Positions 60,820 to 64,000 of a DNA stretch of 64,000 nucleotides are shown one piece after another. Each line of letters starts with the position of its first letter. The first letter of the stretch is position 1. Under the pieces are notes generated by a model. That model searched no databases. It had not been told where the DNA came from and saw only the letters and a program-made list of their open reading frames with translations. Where the stretch lies: NCBI GenBank assembly GCA_038212275.1, contig JBBQUR010000008.1, positions 64,001 through 128,000 of the forward strand, given 5' to 3'. This DNA is from Planctomycetota bacterium. GTDB lineage: Bacteria; Planctomycetota; B15-G4. The translations under genes were made by a program, and so were the position numbers.

Positions 60820-63800
60820 TGCGTCGGACTCCGGATCAGCGTCACGCGGCCGCCGCTGGCGAGCAGCACGGCGCCATTCACCAAGGTCACGTCCGGGCGC
60901 GAGGACGCGACCAGTTCATCGATCGCGGTACTGTAGCGCTCCGTGCCGGTGGCGCCATCGAACACGCGCAGTGCAGCGGGCATGCCCGACGAGCGATCGG
61001 TGATGAGCACGAAACCGTCGCGGCCATGCACCACCTTGCTGTTGCCGCCGGGCGGCCCCGGAAGGCGCACCGAGTACAGCAGCGAGGCGGTGCTGCCGTC
61101 GGCCACCACGAGGCGGGCGCTGTCACCCACGACGCTCGTCACCAGGAGCGGCGCCCGTCCCGGGACCTGTCCGGGCAGCGCGGTCAGCGGCAGCCCGGCG
61201 TCCGTGGCGGGCAGCACGCCCAGCAGGGCATCGACCGGCGTGAGGCGTGACGTGCGCGGCACGCCGGGCGTCACGGAGGGCGCGTCGGACAGCAGGACGA
61301 CGCGATCCGGCCCCCCGACGAACAACTTCTGGCGCGGCAGCAGCCAGCCCAGGGGTGCGCTGGTCCAGCTCACCGAGGCCGTGTTCGGGTCGAAGGCGGA
61401 GAGCACCGAGTCCACCGTGCCGTCGTCGGTGCGCGTGGTGAGCAGCAGGCGCGGCGGGTCATCCAGGGACTCGAGCACCACGGGCGACTCACCGGGCGGC
61501 GAGATGCCAGGGCCCAGCGTGCCGCGCACCAGGTCCACCACCGCCAGATGCACGTCGCGCGACGATCCGTCCCGGAGTTCGCCGGCCATGAAGACGACGG
61601 CGCTGGACCCGGTGGCGTAGAGGTGCGCCGACTCGCACGGAGGAAGATCGATGGCCAGCGCGCGCACGCCGGTCGCGCAGCCCCAGCCCGAGAGCCGGAA
61701 CTGCTGCCCGCCGTCGACGCCGCTGTCCCGGTGCAGGCGCAGGATCAGGCCGCCCACGACGACGCTGCCCCAGTCTTCACCCGGCAACTCCTGCGTCCAG
61801 AGCGACGACCCGTCGGTCAGCGACACAGCCTCGACGAGGTCCTGCGGCAGCACGCCGTTGACGCGTCCCGGCGACACCTGCAGGAAGAGCCGGCTCCCGT
61901 CGGTGGTCACCGCCCCGGGCGACATGTAGCTGGCGCGGCCCGGCAGCGGGCGCCGCCAGCGCGCCTGTCCCGACACCGTGTCGAGCAGCAGCAGTTCGCC
62001 CGGCCCGTTGATTGCGCAGACGACGCTGCTCGCGAAGGGTTCATCGAGCACGAGCCGCGCGCCCGGAAAGCTGACCGTGCCGCGCGCGGTGACGTCGAGC
62101 TGCGTGCGGACGCACGGCGCGGCGGGCAGCGCAGGCAGCGCCGGCAAGCGCGCGGCTGGCCCCTCGCCCAGCAGGCGCCGGACGAAGGCGTCTTCGCCCA
62201 GCGCGCGCGCTGCCTGCACGCGCAACTCGGCCAGCTCGCCATCCTGCGCGCCGGCGGCGCTGCCCGCGAGCATCTCGAACACCTCGCGGGCGTGGCCATC
62301 CTCGAGTCGCTGGCGCAGCTGGACCGCGCGCGCGCGTGACACGGCAAGCGCGTTGGGGAAGCGCTGCTCGACGGCCTGAAGCGAACTGGCGTCATCGGTG
62401 AGCAGCAGGGCCTGCTCGGCCTGGCGCTCGTAGTCCGCATAGAGCGCGCGGCCGTGCGTCGCGAGCAGCTCGGCGATTCCGTGCGCCGCCTCGTCGGCCA
62501 CGCGCCCGCCGTTCCAGCGTTCGTCCGGCCAGCGCTGCAGCATGTCCTGCAGCCGCGCGATCGCCGCGGCCGGGGTGTCGTCCGGCAGCGCAAGCTGCGC
62601 GGCGAGCAGCCCCGCCGGGAGCGCCCCCGCCGGCGTCAGCGCGCCGAGATCCAGGCGGTGTGCGGGGTCGATGTCCGCGAGCGTGAGCATCCACTTGCGC
62701 AGCGCCGCCTCCGCCTGCAGTTCGTGCAATGCGACCAGCGCGATCGGCGCGGTGGACCAGGGATCGCCGATGCGCTGCCCGAGCGCGAGCAGTTCTTCCC
62801 AGCGCGCGGGCGTGTCCTCGAGCTTCGCGCGGCGCAGTCCCGTTTCCAGTCGCCCCGTCCGCGCGCGGGCAACGCGCGCCGGATCGTCCGAGGCGAGCAG
62901 CGCCTCGAAGCGCTCCTCGGCCTCGTCGAGCCGCTGCAGCGACAGCAGCAACTCCGCGGCGCTCAGCAGGTCTTCCGGTTGCTCGGCCGCCAGCGCCGCG
63001 GCGAGCAGCTTGTCCTCGTCGACGGACACCCACAGGCTCGTGTTGTCCGTCAGCAGCAGCGCGGGCCCGGCCGCCACGGCGCGCCGCACGCCCTGCCGCG
63101 CGGCGGACTCCTCCCACGGGCGCCACGTCGCGTGCATCGGCGAGTTCAGGTCGACGGCCCCGAGCCCCTTGAGAAAGGTGGGCACGAGCAGAATGTTTCC
63201 CGACAGCTCCAGCGCGCCGATGATGCGGTCGTCGCGCGACAGGTCCAGGCCCGCGGTCCACAGCAGCTTGCCGCTGGCAGCGTCGACGCACTCCACGCGC
63301 TGCTCGCCCGCGAGCAGCAGCCTTCCGTCGCCGGTGCCGAGCACCTCGTGCCGCAGGTCGCCCGGCCGCGGCGCGCTGCCGTCCAGCGTGTAGGCGATGC
63401 GGCCCGTGGCCGGATCGAGCGCAAGGATCTGCCGGCTGTCGAGCGGCGCGACGATGAGCAGGCCGCCCTCGAGTTGCGGCACGCGATTGATCCACGGAAT
63501 GTCGCGGCGCTGGTCGCGTTCGGGCGTATGACTCGCCACGCGCGCCGTGGAGGTGTAGCCGGCCAGCCAGCGCACGCGCCCCGACCAGCTGTCCAGGCAG
63601 GCGATGATGCCGAGGTTGCTGCTCACGAAGACGGCGCCGTCCGCGACGAGCGCCGGCGAGGCGGTGTGCTCCTGGAACGGCCGGTTGAACATCGTGAGGT
63701 CCTGCTGACCCGCGCACAGGAAGGTCTTCCATTGCAGTTCGCCGGTGCCCGCATCAAAAGCGGCGACGTAGCTGTTGATGGCGCCCTGGGTGATGACGCC

Positions 63801-64000
63801 CGCGGCGTACACGCTGCCGCCCGAGATCGTCGGCGGCGCGGCCACGGAGAAACGTGCGAGGAAGTCGTCGCCGTCGACCGCGCCGTCCAGCGCATCGTCC
63901 AGCCCCGCGGGACCGGCGGCGCCGAGCGGGCGCGTCTGGCTCCAGAGGCGGCGCCCCGTGACGCGGTCGAGCGCGACCAGGTGCCGCACCGGCAGCGGCC
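60816..64000 (-). CDS. Large PQQ-binding-like beta-propeller protein with central TPR-like helical region (5' end outside window)
   Basis: Repeats 'ALDRVTGRRLW', 'AFDAGTGELQW', 'CVDAASGKLLW', 'VSLTDGSSLW'; frame open to window end. Confidence 0.82.
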   Translation of the reverse strand, partial: PLPVRHLVALDRVTGRRLWSQTRPLGAAGPAGLDDALDGAVDGDDFLARFSVAAPPTISGGSVYAAGVITQGAINSYVAAFDAGTGELQWKTFLCAGQQDLTMFNRPFQEHTASPALVADGAVFVSSNLGIIACLDSWSGRVRWLAGYTSTARVASHTPERDQRRDIPWINRVPQLEGGLLIVAPLDSRQILALDPATGRIAYTLDGSAPRPGDLRHEVLGTGDGRLLLAGEQRVECVDAASGKLLWTAGLDLSRDDRIIGALELSGNILLVPTFLKGLGAVDLNSPMHATWRPWEESAARQGVRRAVAAGPALLLTDNTSLWVSVDEDKLLAAALAAEQPEDLLSAAELLLSLQRLDEAEERFEALLASDDPARVARARTGRLETGLRRAKLEDTPARWEELLALGQRIGDPWSTAPIALVALHELQAEAALRKWMLTLADIDPAHRLDLGALTPAGALPAGLLAAQLALPDDTPAAAIARLQDMLQRWPDERWNGGRVADEAAHGIAELLATHGRALYADYERQAEQALLLTDDASSLQAVEQRFPNALAVSRARAVQLRQRLEDGHAREVFEMLAGSAAGAQDGELAELRVQAARALGEDAFVRRLLGEGPAARLPALPALPAAPCVRTQLDVTARGTVSFPGARLVLDEPFASSVVCAINGPGELLLLDTVSGQARWRRPLPGRASYMSPGAVTTDGSRLFLQVSPGRVNGVLPQDLVEAVSLTDGSSLWTQELPGEDWGSVVVGGLILRLHRDSGVDGGQQFRLSGWGCATGVRALAIDLPPCESAHLYATGSSAVVFMAGELRDGSSRDVHLAVVDLVRGTLGPGISPPGESPVVLESLDDPPRLLLTTRTDDGTVDSVLSAFDPNTASVSWTSAPLGWLLPRQKLFVGGPDRVVLLSDAPSVTPGVPRTSRLTPVDALLGVLPATDAGLPLTALPGQVPGRAPLLVTSVVGDSARLVVADGSTASLLYSVRLPGPPGGNSKVVHGRDGFVLITDRSSGMPAALRVFDGATGTERYSTAIDELVASSRPDVTLVNGAVLLASGGRVTLIRSPTQ

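Overview
High-GC bacterial chromosome segment, probably Planctomycetota. That is an inference from the DUF1080, prenyltransferase-repeat, PQQ-repeat, ASPIC/UnbV and Tat-Gfo/Idh/MocA content. Housekeeping genes: tRNA-Gln(CUG), speB, cysS, nusA-infB-rbfA (followed directly by a fatty-acid desaturase), thiS, thiG and a WecE-like aminotransferase. Accessory content: (i) a visibly less GC-rich islet at ~14.5-20.8 kb with an SbcD/SbcC-like nuclease-ATPase pair divergent from an AbiEi/AbiEii type IV TA module, sharing a spacer full of inverted repeats, then an MNT and a truncated HEPN; (ii) a probable periplasmic oxidative-eliminative glycoside-cleavage cluster at 25.2-32.7 kb, built around a lipoprotein fusing ApbE flavin transferase to two DUF1080 domains; (iii) a large envelope operon from 52.8 kb to the window end with two prenyltransferase-repeat proteins, coiled-coil proteins and a PQQ-propeller protein; (iv) several secreted repeat proteins and enzymes. 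Other signals: two genes broken by in-frame stops, tandem arrays that copy gene 3' ends, several probable leaderless promoters and a rimP-leader-like hairpin with no rimP. No CRISPR array, integrase or transposase was seen. All family assignments come from motif recognition by eye; no searches were run.
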